Shown in pieces: positions 1-12,005 of a stretch of 64,000 nucleotides of DNA; the stretch's first letter is position 1; every line of letters starts with the position of its first letter. The stretch covers positions 1,945,573 to 2,009,572 of the forward strand of contig OZ316899.1 of NCBI GenBank assembly GCA_973895155.1, given 5' to 3'. Under the pieces are notes generated by a model that was not told the DNA's origin, made no database searches, and saw nothing but the letters and a program-made list of their open reading frames with translations. This DNA is from Marsupella aquatica (lineage: Eukaryota > Plantae > Marchantiophyta). The translations under genes were made by a program, and so were the position numbers.

Positions 1-147
1 AAATGCATTCTAGAGCTTTGGAAGCTGTCATACTTCTTTAGTGTATAGTCTGTACCTAGGAAAACCACCCGGCAAAATCTCAGAGTTTTCTGACTTATAG
101 TTAGGAAGTTAAAAATAGTTGAATTCATCAAGTCTTTACTTTACCGC

Positions 148-245
148 GATTACGAGTTACGACTTAGCTTTTACTAGTTACTAGTTTCCGATTACGAGTT
201 CCGATAGACAGCCGATTACGAGTTAATAGTTACTAGTTACGAGTT
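148..245. repeat. Cluster of short GATTACGAGTT / TAGTTACTAGTT repeats; probable subterminal repeats of a DNA transposon extending left of the window
   Basis: GATTACGAGTT at 148, 190 and 214 plus a partial copy near 238, interspersed with ACTAGTT. The TE-end interpretation is inference. Confidence 0.5.
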
Positions 246-1200
246 CATACTTAGCCATTTTTCCGGCTTTTCACTTACTGAATCGCCATTTTAAAATTTT
301 GAGGGGTATGAAGAGGCATGTCTCTTCGACCCTGTGACCTCTTACTCTGTAGATTTTTACTATAAGACCCCTCCACCACTAGTGTAGATTATGGTAAAGT
401 TAAGCAATTTTTGCCTTTCCTTGGTGTTCTGCCAGTTGATCATGAATGTTAAGAGTTCGAGATCAAGCTTGACACCAGGAGAAGACTTTCCTCCTTCTTG
501 TGGTTTAATCCTTTGAATAAATCATGGGAAGTAAAATTCCAGTTGTGTAAATCTTATGAGATCTGATGACAGATTCCTCTTTGGTGACTCATTACAATCT
601 CCTGGGTTCTTCGAGTTAACTCACTGAGTTTAAGTCTTATTTGAAATTGATGGATTTTCTTTCATGTTATTTAGTACCATCTAAATGTTGAAGTAGCTAC
701 CTTTTAGATCTTATCTGAGTACCACTTAGAAAGAAAGGATAAGACATGTTGACGGCATTTTAAAAGGTACTCTAGTAAGCAATTTAGATCTGAAAAGCAA
801 TATGGATTTGTATCCTTAAGTCTTTTCATTTTGACTTATGTCTAAGGAGTAACCTTGGTCTATTCCAGACTCCCTTAGCATACTTTGAGGTATTTTCCTT
901 GTGTTTTGTTAATCATTCCCTTTTCATTAATTTATTGTTACATGATGCTGAGTTGTCATTAAAAACCACTCACCGCTGTGGAGCGATCTTCAAAATACCT
1001 TAGTAAAGTAATCAATCCTGATTACTATGTGTTAAAGAGAGTTCTTAAACTCTCATTTGTGTTTTTATGTATCAAATCAACCCCATCTTGTTCTTTACGG
1101 GAACGAATACCGAGTTTGAAGACCTATAAATGTGTTTTTAGTTCTTCATAGCAAACTACAATCTACAAAGAGGAATTCGAGGTGGCTCCTTATCGAATCC

Positions 1201-2961
1201 TCAAAAATCCTTCCCGAACGACAATGCGTGCTTTGATATTACCTCGTCTATCGATAAGCCTATGTCACTGACTTCACCCATGGAGACGTCCTTAGGGTCC
1301 ATTCTCCCTCTCCTCGACCTCGGGAAGGGCTGTGCAGATTCAGCTTCGGAAGTCGATAGGGACGCAATCGATCGAGTGACGTGACGGGTGTATACTGAAC
1401 CAGCAAACAAAGATTGAGAGGACTCAGAATGACCACCATCAGCCTCCCCCATTCTCGTATCACCCAGCCAAAAGTTGCCGTGGAGAGCGACTCGACCAAA
1501 GGCACTGCCGGACGTGCCGTGCAGTTCTTGTCATGATCACGTCTCAAAATGTACGGGACCAATAAAGGACGCACATACGCACTTGACAAACCCATACAGT
1601 CCGAGGTCTGAGCGCGTAGACGGACTAAATTATCCCAAATGAGCGATCTCCACCTCGTATTAAGACACCGATACATTGGAACCAGCCATTCGATTACAAC
1701 GGTCCCAAGTACAGATGGCATTCTCCGATTGGACTTTCATCCCAGACAAAAGCAAAAAGGGTTCCGTGAACCTCAATCTACTATAATATTACCGTTGGAA
1801 AGTGACCGTTGGAACCACATCAGTGTCGGTAGTTATGGATAGCGGACAGTACTATCAACACAAGTGTCTATAAATTTTCCAATTTTGTGCAGGAGTCGAC
1901 AAGCCAACTTTAGTAGCGCTCGGCGCTAGTATCCAAATAAATGATGAAATTGGAGTCCAATGACAACAAACATGACCACATGAACCCATTCATTCAATGA
2001 ATATTCCAATGAATTACAATAGCGCCTGGCGCTATTAAAATGCACATCAATTGAACAGACTTTGTTGAAATAAAAGTAAAAATAACTCTGAACGGGTCTG
2101 ACTTGTGATTCCTTTCATTAATAGCGCCCAACGCTATCAAAAACACTTTAGAGATAAGACATGTCACGATAGTGTTACAGACACTTTGTTTGTCATAATA
2201 GCGCCGAACGCTAGTAAAAACATTGACAGCAAACGAGTGTTTACGGCCATTTCAAAGAAATAGATCAGTTTCGCATTCAGAAATACAATGCAAACACGGG
2301 AGTAGAACCCAAAATTAAAGCTTGGTCTTCTCAATTCAAAATCATTGACACCGGGGTAAAAACGAACGGCTGTGCCGTTCATATACAAAATGTTACAATA
2401 CACTAGAAATCCGGCATACGAGGAAGGAACGGTATGGGTTTTGTAACGAAAAAAAATGAATGGAATTAGATCCTATCAACCTCGATGGATCCTCCAAGTC
2501 TCTCCAGCACTCGAACGAGATGCTCTGACACCGAGAAATCAGTCTTCCCACCAACTTGGCTTGTATGCATCAGAGTCATCATTCGAGTCGCTCGATCCAT
2601 ACCACACAAATCCTCACCTGCTCGGTGATGAGTCCCCGCTCGAAGAACTATCACTCTCAGTGGATGAAGAAGATACGGAGACTCCCGTGCAGATAGTGTC
2701 GGCTCTAGGACGGCCGACTGAAGCATGGGCGATATCCTTAGCGGGAATAGAAGTTGGGCCACTCGCATTTGGCCGACTGGATCCTTCGCTGCGTCCCACA
2801 GTTGGGGCATTCTTCGTCTTTGAGATGAGTTTCCCCTTCTTCGAGATTGGAACCGTCGTCCTCTCGTCCCGAGGTGGTAAGCTATTTGATGCGGGGGTCT
2901 CCCGGTCGGTGTCACTCGGGACAAGTGCCTCCTCCTTTGCCTTTCCCCGTGGAGGTGCCAT
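1201..2961 (-). pseudogene. Multi-exon accessory gene divergent from the MULE transposase; function unknown
   Basis: ATG at 2961 (MAPPRGKAKEEA..., low-complexity Ser/Thr/Pro-rich) running to a GTGAG donor near 2616. Further coding-like segments at 1721-1201 (...WRSLIWDNLVRLRAQ...) with a frameshift. Confidence 0.4.
1914..2213. repeat. Four copies of the 15-bp palindrome TAGCGC-N3-GCGCTA
   Basis: TAGCGCTCGGCGCTA 1914; TAGCGCCTGGCGCTA 2020; TAGCGCCCAACGCTA 2122; TAGCGCCGAACGCTA 2199. Confidence 0.9.
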
Positions 2962-3420
2962 TGAAAGTGAACTAGGACGAGAACAAGAAGGGCAAACAAG
3001 AACGTGAAGGAGGACAACAGCGTGAACTAGGACGAGAATGAGAAACGAGGACGAGAAGGAGAACAAGAACGTGCACAAAAGCCAAAAAGAACAACTGGGC
3101 CCGAATGCGAGAACGGGAACCACGCGCCCGAAAGATGAGCCACAACTGTGACTCAATAAAGAATGGCTTGACAATGAGGACATCGAAGGAGAACGACTAG
3201 ATATAAGGAGAGTTCGCACTTGGTCCTGGCTGCCCACTTTGAAGAGGACCCTCTGATATAACTTTCGTGGACGCTTCCTCTCTGACACATTTGGACCCGG
3301 ACGGATCGGATTCACGAAGATCCAGTGGAGATCTTAAAGCGTGCCAACTTAATGACTCGTACTATATCGCGTTATCGTACTTATCCTTCCATTGAATGTT
3401 TTCAAGTCCATTGAAATAGG

Positions 3421-3564
3421 TAGCGCCAGGCGCTATTATTTATTGCCTTTGTACTCCTCACCCAAGAATGTTTGCACCCAGAGGTAGCGCCAGGCGCTAT
3501 TATTATTGGCATTTGTAGTCCTCACCCAAGGGTGTTTTACACATAGAGGTAGCGCCAGGCGCTA
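3421..3564. repeat. About 64-bp tandem repeat, each unit carrying TAGCGCCAGGCGCTA, upstream of the transposase
   Basis: Identical palindromes at 3421, 3485 and 3550; the intervening sequences are similar to each other (...CCTCACCCAAG...AGAGG). Confidence 0.9.
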
Positions 3565-3703
3565 GTAACTATGAACCCGAATCCTGCCGTTGGTAAGACG
3601 ACAAAACGTCATTGATGGAGTGCGTCCAAATCTATAACGACTCTATAATGAGAATGGAACGTTTACTTCTCGTACTCGAATCTCATGATAAACATATTTC
3701 ATT

Positions 3704-6700
3704 TTGCGTGGGGAAAATGCATATCCCTCTTTTGAGGCCATGGCTCAAAATATCGTTGTCACGAGGAAGGACACTCTGGATGTAATCACAATTCCCGTCC
3801 TCGAATCATCTGAATCAAAGCGTGTTTCAGAGGAATATTTGGGAGTGAGATTTGATGTCGCCAAGGAGTCTATTTTAGCGATCTCGTTAGTGTCGGTTTG
3901 TTTGGGGGAGACTCCAGTTTTCTACGATGTTGTTCATGGTCTAAGATATTGGACTCTGGAGGCTCAGAAAGAATATGAGGTTTTTGTTTTGAGAGATTCT
4001 GGGGCCTCCTATACTCGTCCTCCCACAGTGGCTGAACTCGATGTCATCAAACTCTCAGAAAGTTTTGGAGATGATAAGCAAGCGACAACTACTCTCGGAG
4101 AGAAGATTCCAGTTTACCCATCCGAGGTTAAAAAGGAGTCTAATGCGGATCAAGAAATGATTGTGCCTTTGACTGTGTACCGGCAGAGTGCAATGGATAC
4201 AATCTTGAAATCCAAAAGTCATAGTGAATTGTCTCGGTTTATAAGGGGGAGTGATTTTGTTCATAGTAGTGCCTAGTCTTCCCACATCTTACAATGGGAA
4301 TGTGGTTTTTGAGTTACCCCCGGTAGACTGTGTGAACGCAAAAGGTGAACGTTTGAAAGATATGGATCGTGGTAAGGATTGTTATTATTGGACTCGGATT
4401 GTGAAAACGTCTTCAAATGTTCTTCCAAAGAAAATGTGGGATTTCGGGAAAGTCCAGTGTACGGGATCGCTGCAGTGTCGAAATAATGCTTGTCCGTGGT
4501 GGAAAGACAACAAGTTTTGAAATAATGAGATGTGGGCAAGAACCCCAAAACTTTCAGGCCCATTCCGAGTTGGGGAATTGATCTCCGAAGGTGGAGTTGT
4601 TTGTCACCATTGCTCCGAACCTCCGATGTGCGTTGAGGCCTGCCCTACTCTAATGTTCTACATGTATCCATCTGCAAAAGTTGACGTTAAGTCTTTGGCC
4701 CACATGTCGCGACTAGCTGTTCATATGGGATTTCACAATCATCCCCCAGTCGATGGGTGTTTTCGAGGGAGGCAGAAAAGGTTGCAAAGTCTCATCTAGA
4801 GAAGGGATTCACTGCAAACCCCATGGCATCCCCAACAGGGATTAAAAACTCTACGACTGAGACACTGACGAATACATTTTGCGAGGCCTCTATTGAAGAA
4901 ATCTCTCTTGAAGAAGAGAAGGAAATCTGGGAGTCCCTGATGGTCGTCGCATCTCCTCAGAAGTTTGCATCCGTGTTAAGGAGTGTCCGTCAAGATCAGA
5001 AGGGGAAAGGGGAACTGGAATTTCTGTGAGGATGCAAAAGTGTATCCGACTGCCTTTTCTTCATAGGTTCTTGCTCCCTGGTCAAGGCTGTCGGGACGAG
5101 AGTGCTCATATCTTTAAAATGACCGTAAAAGGTGACGGTAGTGGTCTGGACCTGCTCCAAAGAATGAAACCTGGTGGGTCGTTAGAGGGTTCATGGGTAA
5201 GTTTTGACGTGATGCATCGAAGCATGGCAGATTGGCTTACTTTAGTGCCCATGTATATGATCATCATTACCGGGCACTTTGCACCATATTCACTTGTGAG
5301 CTAAAGTTTGAAGATGCAAAATCTCTGGAGAGAGCCTGGCGTTTGATGTTAGAGGTTGCCGCTGAAAATGGTTTACAGGATGTTACAATTCGGGGATTCA
5401 TGGCGGACAATGCTCAGGCTGGTTGGAATGCTGTTCGAAACGTGTTCTTTGACGGTGTACCCGACCCAGAGCGAGAAAGATCAGATGCCTTTCATTTTTC
5501 CAATCTTTTCATCGTCATTCCCGAGAAGGTGTAAAAGATGGAAAGCACGGAGAGCACAAGGAGATGTGGGATCGTCTTCGGAATGCGCCAACTTTCTTGA
5601 AAGCATATCGAATCTCTAGGGAAATCGATGACTGGTGGAGGTCTGGCAATTGTCACTCAGGCAAACTTCGGATGCTGCAAGGGTGGCTGTCTTGGTGGGT
5701 TGTCCGATGGAGACAATGGGGGAACTTCATAAGACTGGTGAGTTATACACTTCTCTAGGATGCATGTTCCCATTAATAGCGCTCGGCGCTAGTGAAGCAT
5801 GTGTGAGATAGAAGGGTTCCTTATCTGCAATAGTAGCGCCGAGCGCTAATAATCCATTTGGACTATGAGTGATGTAAGGACTACCTTTATTCTGTGTTAA
5901 ACGGTTCTTTACATGGAAATATCATCATCAGTTTATTAGCGTCTGGCGCTACTGTTATTTCCATTGTGTTGCCACTTTTGTGTGGAATTTCTTACATGTA
6001 CTAAACCCTTACATGCAACGTTTCAGAGCAAGAGTGCCGAAGAGGCTGGGATGATTCCTAATTGTACTGGTTCGGAATCTAGGCATGCTGGAATGAAAGC
6101 ATGGCAACAGAAAAAAAAAGGTTGGTCTATTTGAAGGATGTAAAATGGACCAACATAGAGCGGGTGCTCAAATTGCTGCTTATACTACATACAAAAGGGG
6201 ATTGAGCAGAGGAACTGGCCCAACTATTTTTGAGCTTGCCTTCAAATCGGCGGACCTGGCGGGGTCACCGCGTCTCTTTGAGGAAGCCACCAATCTCCTC
6301 CTGTCGAACGCTGTTGAGTTTGATTTGGAAAGAAGCGTTCCATTGAATGGTGATGTTGTAACTCGATCGGTGAAACAAAAAGGACATGCAACTGGGAACG
6401 TCTCGGCAGAAGACTTGCACAGGCATGATACCATCCTTGTTACTTCACCAAATACAAAAGGTTTGAAAAGGAGAAACCTGCATTCCACTGATTTCAAGAA
6501 AATGCGGTCCATAATTGATGCGGTCCATAATTTGTCAGAAAGCAATGCTTCTGAGGAAGTTGTGGTCATTGACACACCTACGCGTCGAGCAACGAGATCC
6601 TCTGTCCCACCAGTGATGCCTGCAAGACCTGTCGAGACTGCATATTGTCATTCAGTTTCCCCAATGGAAAGTGAAGTACCTCCCGGTGCCTGGCAGTTGC

Positions 6701-7539
6701 GTCGGACCTCAAAACAGGGTGCGGGTCCAGTGTGTAACGGAACCCTTGGACGGGGAGGTAGTCGTGATGAATGTCGAAATTGAGTAAAGAAGGTTGGTCT
6801 TCCGAATCCAGATGGTGTTGTTGCAATTTCCGTGAGAGGATGCAGAATGTTCAGGGGGCAACCTTATAACGATCAGATATGGTTTTGCCCCAACAACCAC
6901 TGTCACCGAAGCACAACAAGGAGAGGAGTCTCGAACATTCCCAATGTTCCTTCACATCTCCCAATTGCCAGAGGGACCAATCTTTCTGGAGCAGAGATTC
7001 AATTTTTGAAAGAACAAGGACTTATTCTCTCCGAAGGCCGTGGAGATGAAATCGAAGCACCGTTGCCTTCTGCGTTACGGATTGATGTCAATCTTTTCCT
7101 GGAGAGGATCAACCTAACTGACCCATCTGTGAGGTGCGCTTCAAGGAACGGGAAGAAATGCTTGCAAAGAGTGCATCTTACCCAAACACATTTGAAGAGA
7201 ATTGAAGCCTCTGAAAAAGAAGTGATGAGCGTCATTGGAGAGAGAGTGATCACGAGTGGAAATGCGTCGGGGAAACAGTTTTGTATCCAGACCCATGAAC
7301 ATGAGAGATCAGTCGCCTCTTATTGGGTTCAGATATGTTGTTTCCCATGTTGCTCTTGCGAGGATTTCTACCGTTGACATACTTATCGAAAGCCTTACAT
7401 GCCTTGCAAACATGTGTATTGGGTGTTCACAAATGTGTTCAAACTGGATGTGCTCGAATCGACATTATGTAGCCAGCCAATTCTAACGTTGGGAGAAGTC
7501 CGTTACATACTTGATAGGCAGTTGGGGACGAGAATGTAG
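3704..7539 (+). pseudogene. MULE-type DDE transposase with N-terminal GCM-like zinc domain and C-terminal SWIM finger; disrupted by frameshifts and stops
   Basis: GCM-like: CTGSLQCRNNAC...CHHC..P..C..C...GFHNHP (4450-4745). Catalytic-type residues FDVMH (D 5206), MADNAQA (D 5406), DAFH (DxxH 5484-5495) and SESRH (E 6075). In-frame GT-AG intron 5738-6026. SWIM CSCEDF...PCKH (about 7352-7413) across an in-frame TGA; final stop at 7539. Confidence 0.85.
5777..5951. repeat. Three TAGCGC-N3-GCGCTA palindromes inside the transposase intron
   Basis: Copies at 5777, 5834 and 5937 (last one TAGCGTCTGGCGCTA), all within intron 5738-6026. Confidence 0.9.
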
Positions 7540-7635
7540 ACTGTTGCTTGATCATTGAACAGCTACAATTGTAGTTTGTCTTTTCTAACGGGCAGAAGTG
7601 TGAGTTCTTAAAGTGTTGTTTTTTTGTATAATACT

Positions 7636-7658
7636 ATACTAGCGCCGGGCGCTAGTAT
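7636..7658. repeat. Perfect 10-3-10 version of the MULE palindrome downstream of the transposase
   Basis: ATACTAGCGC-CGG-GCGCTAGTAT. Confidence 0.9.
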
Positions 7659-7848
7659 TGTATGACTTTGTTTCGACTTCATATTTTGTGGCAATATATT
7701 GGAGTCCTTGTGTGAAATCGTCGAGAAATTTCCTCTAATGTTGTACAATGGTGGGACCCACCATAATATTGTCCACACAATTATTGCATATATGGATGCT
7801 ACATACCGTGAAGAAAAGAAACTAAAATGCATACAAGAAAAAAAAATA

Positions 7849-7982
7849 CTCATACAAGAAAACAGAAACTCATACAAGAAAACAGAAACTCGTACGAGTA
7901 AATAGATATGCTCATATGAGGAACTTGTTTACTCGTACGAGACAAAATTTTGCTTGTACGAGGCAAAATTGGCTCGTATGAG
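7849..7982. repeat. About seven copies of the 10-bp palindrome CTCGTACGAG and transition variants; likely subterminal repeats of a small inserted element
   Basis: CTCATACAAG 7849 and 7869; CTCGTACGAG 7889 and 7932; CTCATATGAG 7911; CTTGTACGAG 7953; CTCGTATGAG 7973. Confidence 0.7.
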
Positions 7983-8332
7983 AATATCTATTTACTATTT
8001 GCTAGCACGGTGGTTATACCCCGTACAAAAGAATACAAAGGAAAAAAGAGAAGGTTGAGTCCTATGAAGCTCCTACAAACTTAAGAAAATTGCATTCGAC
8101 GCATTGAGAGAAGGGACCAGACGGGAAGTACTTTCAAAATAAAGCTTGAGGAGGCCAACACAGGAGACCAAAGAAGCCAAAGGGGAGTTCCTCCTCAACT
8201 ACCGCATGTTAATACACAGGGATTTCTTCTCATAAAGAATGGTATTAACTAGAAAATGAAAATAAGTATTTATTCATAAGAGAAATCCCACTATTTCTTA
8301 TGCCCAAAAAGCTTATAAATGCCTGACTTGCC

Positions 8333-8540
8333 CACCATGACATTTCATGCAATGCCAAAATTGATTTAAGGAACAAACATATCATGAAATGGGAAGGAAA
8401 GACATAAGAACAAAAAACACTTCTTGGAAATTTCACCATGACATTTCATGCAATGTCAAAATTAATTTAAGGAACAAACATATCATGAAAGGGGAAAGAA
8501 AGAGATAAGAACAAAAAACACTTCTTGGAAATCTCTCCAT
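8333..8540. repeat. Tandem duplication of about 101 bp
   Basis: CACCATGACATTTCATGCAATG...CACTTCTTGGAAAT at 8333 and 8434. Confidence 0.85.
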
Positions 8541-8789
8541 GTAAAAATTTCCCAATTAATTTCATAAATTTACGGGGAGATATTTTTCCCCAGGGTGCCT
8601 ATTGCACATAAAAGCTCTGTGCCTACTGTATGGAAGCAAATGGGTGCCTATTGCACCCTCGAGGGTTTCACTCTAACAACAAACAACAAACAAATTTACT
8701 GTTATGAGTAAAAAAATTCCTATTACAAGAATTTTTTTACTTTTACGAGCAAAATAGATAATCTAAAAATCTGTCATTAAAAGTCACAT

Positions 8790-9007
8790 CCCCGTCCCTC
8801 CTCAGGAATTGAAGTGACACACTGATACGCAGGCAGAATTACCCTCAACGCAATATCAAGCCTAAACTGGTTAGCTTTAATTTCTTGCAGTGCTAAAATG
8901 TCCAACCTTTCCTTCCGAGATTCAATCCAATTTTTCACTGCATTCTTTCTGTTGGGCTCACACAGCCCACACACATTCCATGAGGCGGCTCGCAACATAC
9001 TGCCCAT
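8790..9007 (-). pseudogene. LINE ORF2 fragment: N-terminus of AP-endonuclease
   Basis: RAASWNVCGL...LDILALQEIK (APE motifs I-II); homology stops after about 70 codons. Confidence 0.85.
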
Positions 9008-9046
9008 TATGATGCCAATCTCCCTGTGATCCCTCCGAGCTTATAA

Positions 9047-11021
9047 TTAGATCCGGCCTCCCGATGAAGTGCCCGAGCCCACGCTGCCACTTCTACGTCT
9101 CCTTGGTGTGACTAGATCAATTTCTCTTGTCTCCTCTCTCTGAATGACCGTTGTTAATGGAGAAGTAAGCACCATTGTGCCCCCACCATCAGTGCCCACA
9201 GGGGTAGCAATATCTACAGTCAATCGATCTTGCTCTGCCCCGGGTTCCCTCAGCTTGCCCATCCCTGCGTCAGGCACAAACGATTGTGAGAAAGTGAGGG
9301 AGCATTGTTTTTTAGCTTCTTGAGGAGCACGATCTTTCTTGGTTGTTGGAGGTGTCCTCTTGTCCAACTTCGTGGCACGCTCCTTTCCTTTACTAGATAC
9401 ATACTCTTCATATTCTGACATATCAACATCTGTGTCACCATGATAGGAATAAGCTTCAGGATCTGCACCATCCCCCTCGCTGGGTGATTCAATCAAATCT
9501 GCAATTACTGAGGCTACAATCCCCACAGGCCCAAAGCTTTGTGCCCCAGCATTGAGCACCCTGGGTGGTTGTGTCACGGGAATAAGCATTTTCGATGCCC
9601 TCCCACCTCTGCCAGGTGACAACAGAAGTGGGTCCCCTTCTCCCTGGTCGACCCCTTCAGTACTGTTTAATTTCTCATTCCCTGATCCGCTAATGGCAGC
9701 GGGGAGGGCAGCAGCTTCCTCTCGCATCAGTGATTCCACCGCAATTATGTCTGCAGTGACCGTATTGCCCTCCTTGGGAGTAGCCAAATCTACTCCATTC
9801 CGAACTTGAAGATTCATAGCTAATTGCCTCCTTAACACCTCCTCCGGGTCACCTTCTGCTATCTCATCTAACTCCTCAGGGGTGTCGTCCACTGCCTCCC
9901 CCTTATTCTCCCGGTCTTCCTCCGCAACTACATCCCTTCCCTCCCTGCACTCCCGGGCCAGATGCCCTTTCTTGTTACACTTAAAATAGTGAAAAGGAAT
10001 GTTCTTGAACAGAATGGGTTGCCAAATGATTATATCCTCCCTTATCTTAACTCGTGCGCTCTGAGGTACTTCGCGTTCAGTATTAATCCCAGAGAATGCA
10101 GGCTCTGTCGTGCGGATAGGAACTATAATCATCCCCTTGGATGTAATGTAACAGCTTTCCCAATGATTCTGCAATTTTTATCCTGCATCCTTCGAGTACC
10201 AGAGCTCGAAAAGGAAGCTCGATCCACACTAGCAGCTTGGTAAATTTTGCAGACCTTATATCAAATGAAGGGTCCCAGAGGAAAGTGAATACTAGTTTTC
10301 GCTCCAGGAACCAAGGTGCTAACTCTAAAGCCAAGTCCCAATGCTCCGCCTTTTTGAATACGATCACATAGAAACTTTTCCCTACAAATTTCACCTGCAG
10401 CACCGGCCAATCCTGCCTCTCGACCATCCATTCTTCCACCCATGCCCGGAATGTTGGTAGCATCGGAGTCCAGTCAGTAAAATAGTACAACATTGCACAA
10501 TTGTACAACTATTTTACATTAAACGCCGCTTCCTCCAGACTCCAGTCCACCGTGGTGAACAGCTTAGTGCTCCATTCTCCTTTTGTATTGTCAGCAATCT
10601 CCTTTAAAATGTTTATACATTTGTCCGAGACCTCCTCCCCTTCCTGTCCTTCCGGGTCCCCCGTCGTTTCATGCACAGCCAGAGCCCTTGGCTCAGCCAA
10701 TTGAGGTTGTATAGAAGGAGGTTCTACTCCGGGGGTTCTGGCAGGTTCAAAATTGCTCTCCTTACCCAAGCTCTCTGCCGGGCCCGGAGGTAACTCACTG
10801 TCTCCCGCAATCCAAGGCTCCTTTCCATTTTCTCGTGTCTCCTTTAGATCTGACTGGCGCTTACGTGCCCTGTCTGAGTTAGCATATAGATCAAACGGTT
10901 GTTGGGCCACAAAAAAAGGTCGACGTTCAGGAGCATCCCGACCCCCCCGACCTTGGTGCGCAGCCGAGCTTCGAGAGTCCTGCCTGCTAAATCTTGCATT
11001 AGCCTCGCCTATCGACGCCAT
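9047..11021 (-). pseudogene. LINE ORF1 (DUF4283-like RNA-binding region plus CCHC zinc knuckle), frameshifted
   Basis: QVKFVGKSFYVIVF...APWFLERKLVFTFLWDPSFD...VWIELP...IAESLGKLL, then (C/Y)FKCNKKGHLAREC; split over ORFs 10509-11021, 10083-10508 and 9047-10174. Confidence 0.8.
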
Positions 11022-12005
11022 GGCTTAAACAGTAATAGCAGGGTATTAGTGTAAAAAGTTGCCTTCTCACCTCTCAATCAGGCCTTCCTTCTTGGTACCA
11101 GCAAAGTCCCTTCGCCCCTAATCCCGTGGATTACCGCGCCATGCTCGACAATTCTTGCAGTCTCTCAGTCTTCCCTTCCCCGCACCCTTAGCAGGTCCCA
11201 GTCGTGGGCTGCTCCTGCCCGCTGCACTATCCTCTAGACCTCCCCCTTTTAATTCTTCTTGTCTGCCCTTATGTTTTACCTTCCCAGTCTATCACTGTTA
11301 CCTTGACAAGTTCGTGCTGCTTCTCTTTACTCCTTAATCTCGCTGCCCTTGCTCGCCGCTGCATACGCCCTAGTTTATCTCTTGTTTTGCCCTTTCTCCG
11401 CGCTTCTTACCCTGGTGCCAGTGACAACGGTATTACCGTCTAATCCCTCAGATCCACTACCCTAATCCACTCAGCTTCCAGTCCGCGTCCAGTTCTTGAC
11501 CATAACCTTAGTTTTCAGTCCAATCCCGACTGATCATTTCTACGCCTTCTATCTTCCGTTGTTTCTCTCAGTGTAGTGTACTGCTCCCGGATCCCCCTTC
11601 TTCCAGGCACAACATTAGACCTTCTCCACCATTGAGAGAACACTGTTTAGCTATCTTACGAGCTGTAATCCGGATCAGCCACCCAAAGCCGCTCTGCCCT
11701 TAAAGTAAGACAATCACTCCTTAAGAAAATAGAGAGTCACGCGCAAGTGAACCTTCAGCTGCTTCCCGCGGCACCGACCCTAAGCCGTTCCAGTCATTTC
11801 CTCTTTTTCAACTCATCTTCCTTCTTCGAGCATCCCTCCCAACCCTTCCAACTGCGTTCGCATTAGCCCACCCCCCTAAACAAGAGTAAAACGTCTTAGC
11901 TCCAGGTCAACTATAAATCTGAACAACCATCCCCAAGAACAAAATCTGAGTCCCTTGAGCACACCTTCAGCTCCGTCAGTTCCCCGTCAGCCACCAGCTC
12001 TTTTT

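Larger units (their letters stand above)
8790..12005 (-). mobile_element. Plant L1-clade LINE retrotransposon, retaining the 5' region, ORF1 and the start of ORF2; the remainder is missing
   Basis: DUF4283-like ORF1 with zinc knuckle, followed by an APE-endonuclease N-terminus. Both boundaries are approximate. Confidence 0.8.

Noticed and set aside
2401-2412. CACTAGAAA as a CACTA terminus
   Set aside because: No adjacent subterminal repeat array typical of En/Spm, no partner terminus found, and it lies within the MULE accessory gene region.
3421-3435. Central CCAGG (Dcm/EcoRII-type site) as the functional core of the MULE palindrome
   Set aside because: The central bases vary freely among copies (TCG, CTG, CAG, CGG, GAG); only the arms are conserved.
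3421-3564. Palindromic repeats with regular spacing resembling a CRISPR array
   Set aside because: The intervening sequences are near-copies of each other (ordinary tandem repeat), there are only three units, no cas genes are present, and the context is eukaryotic.
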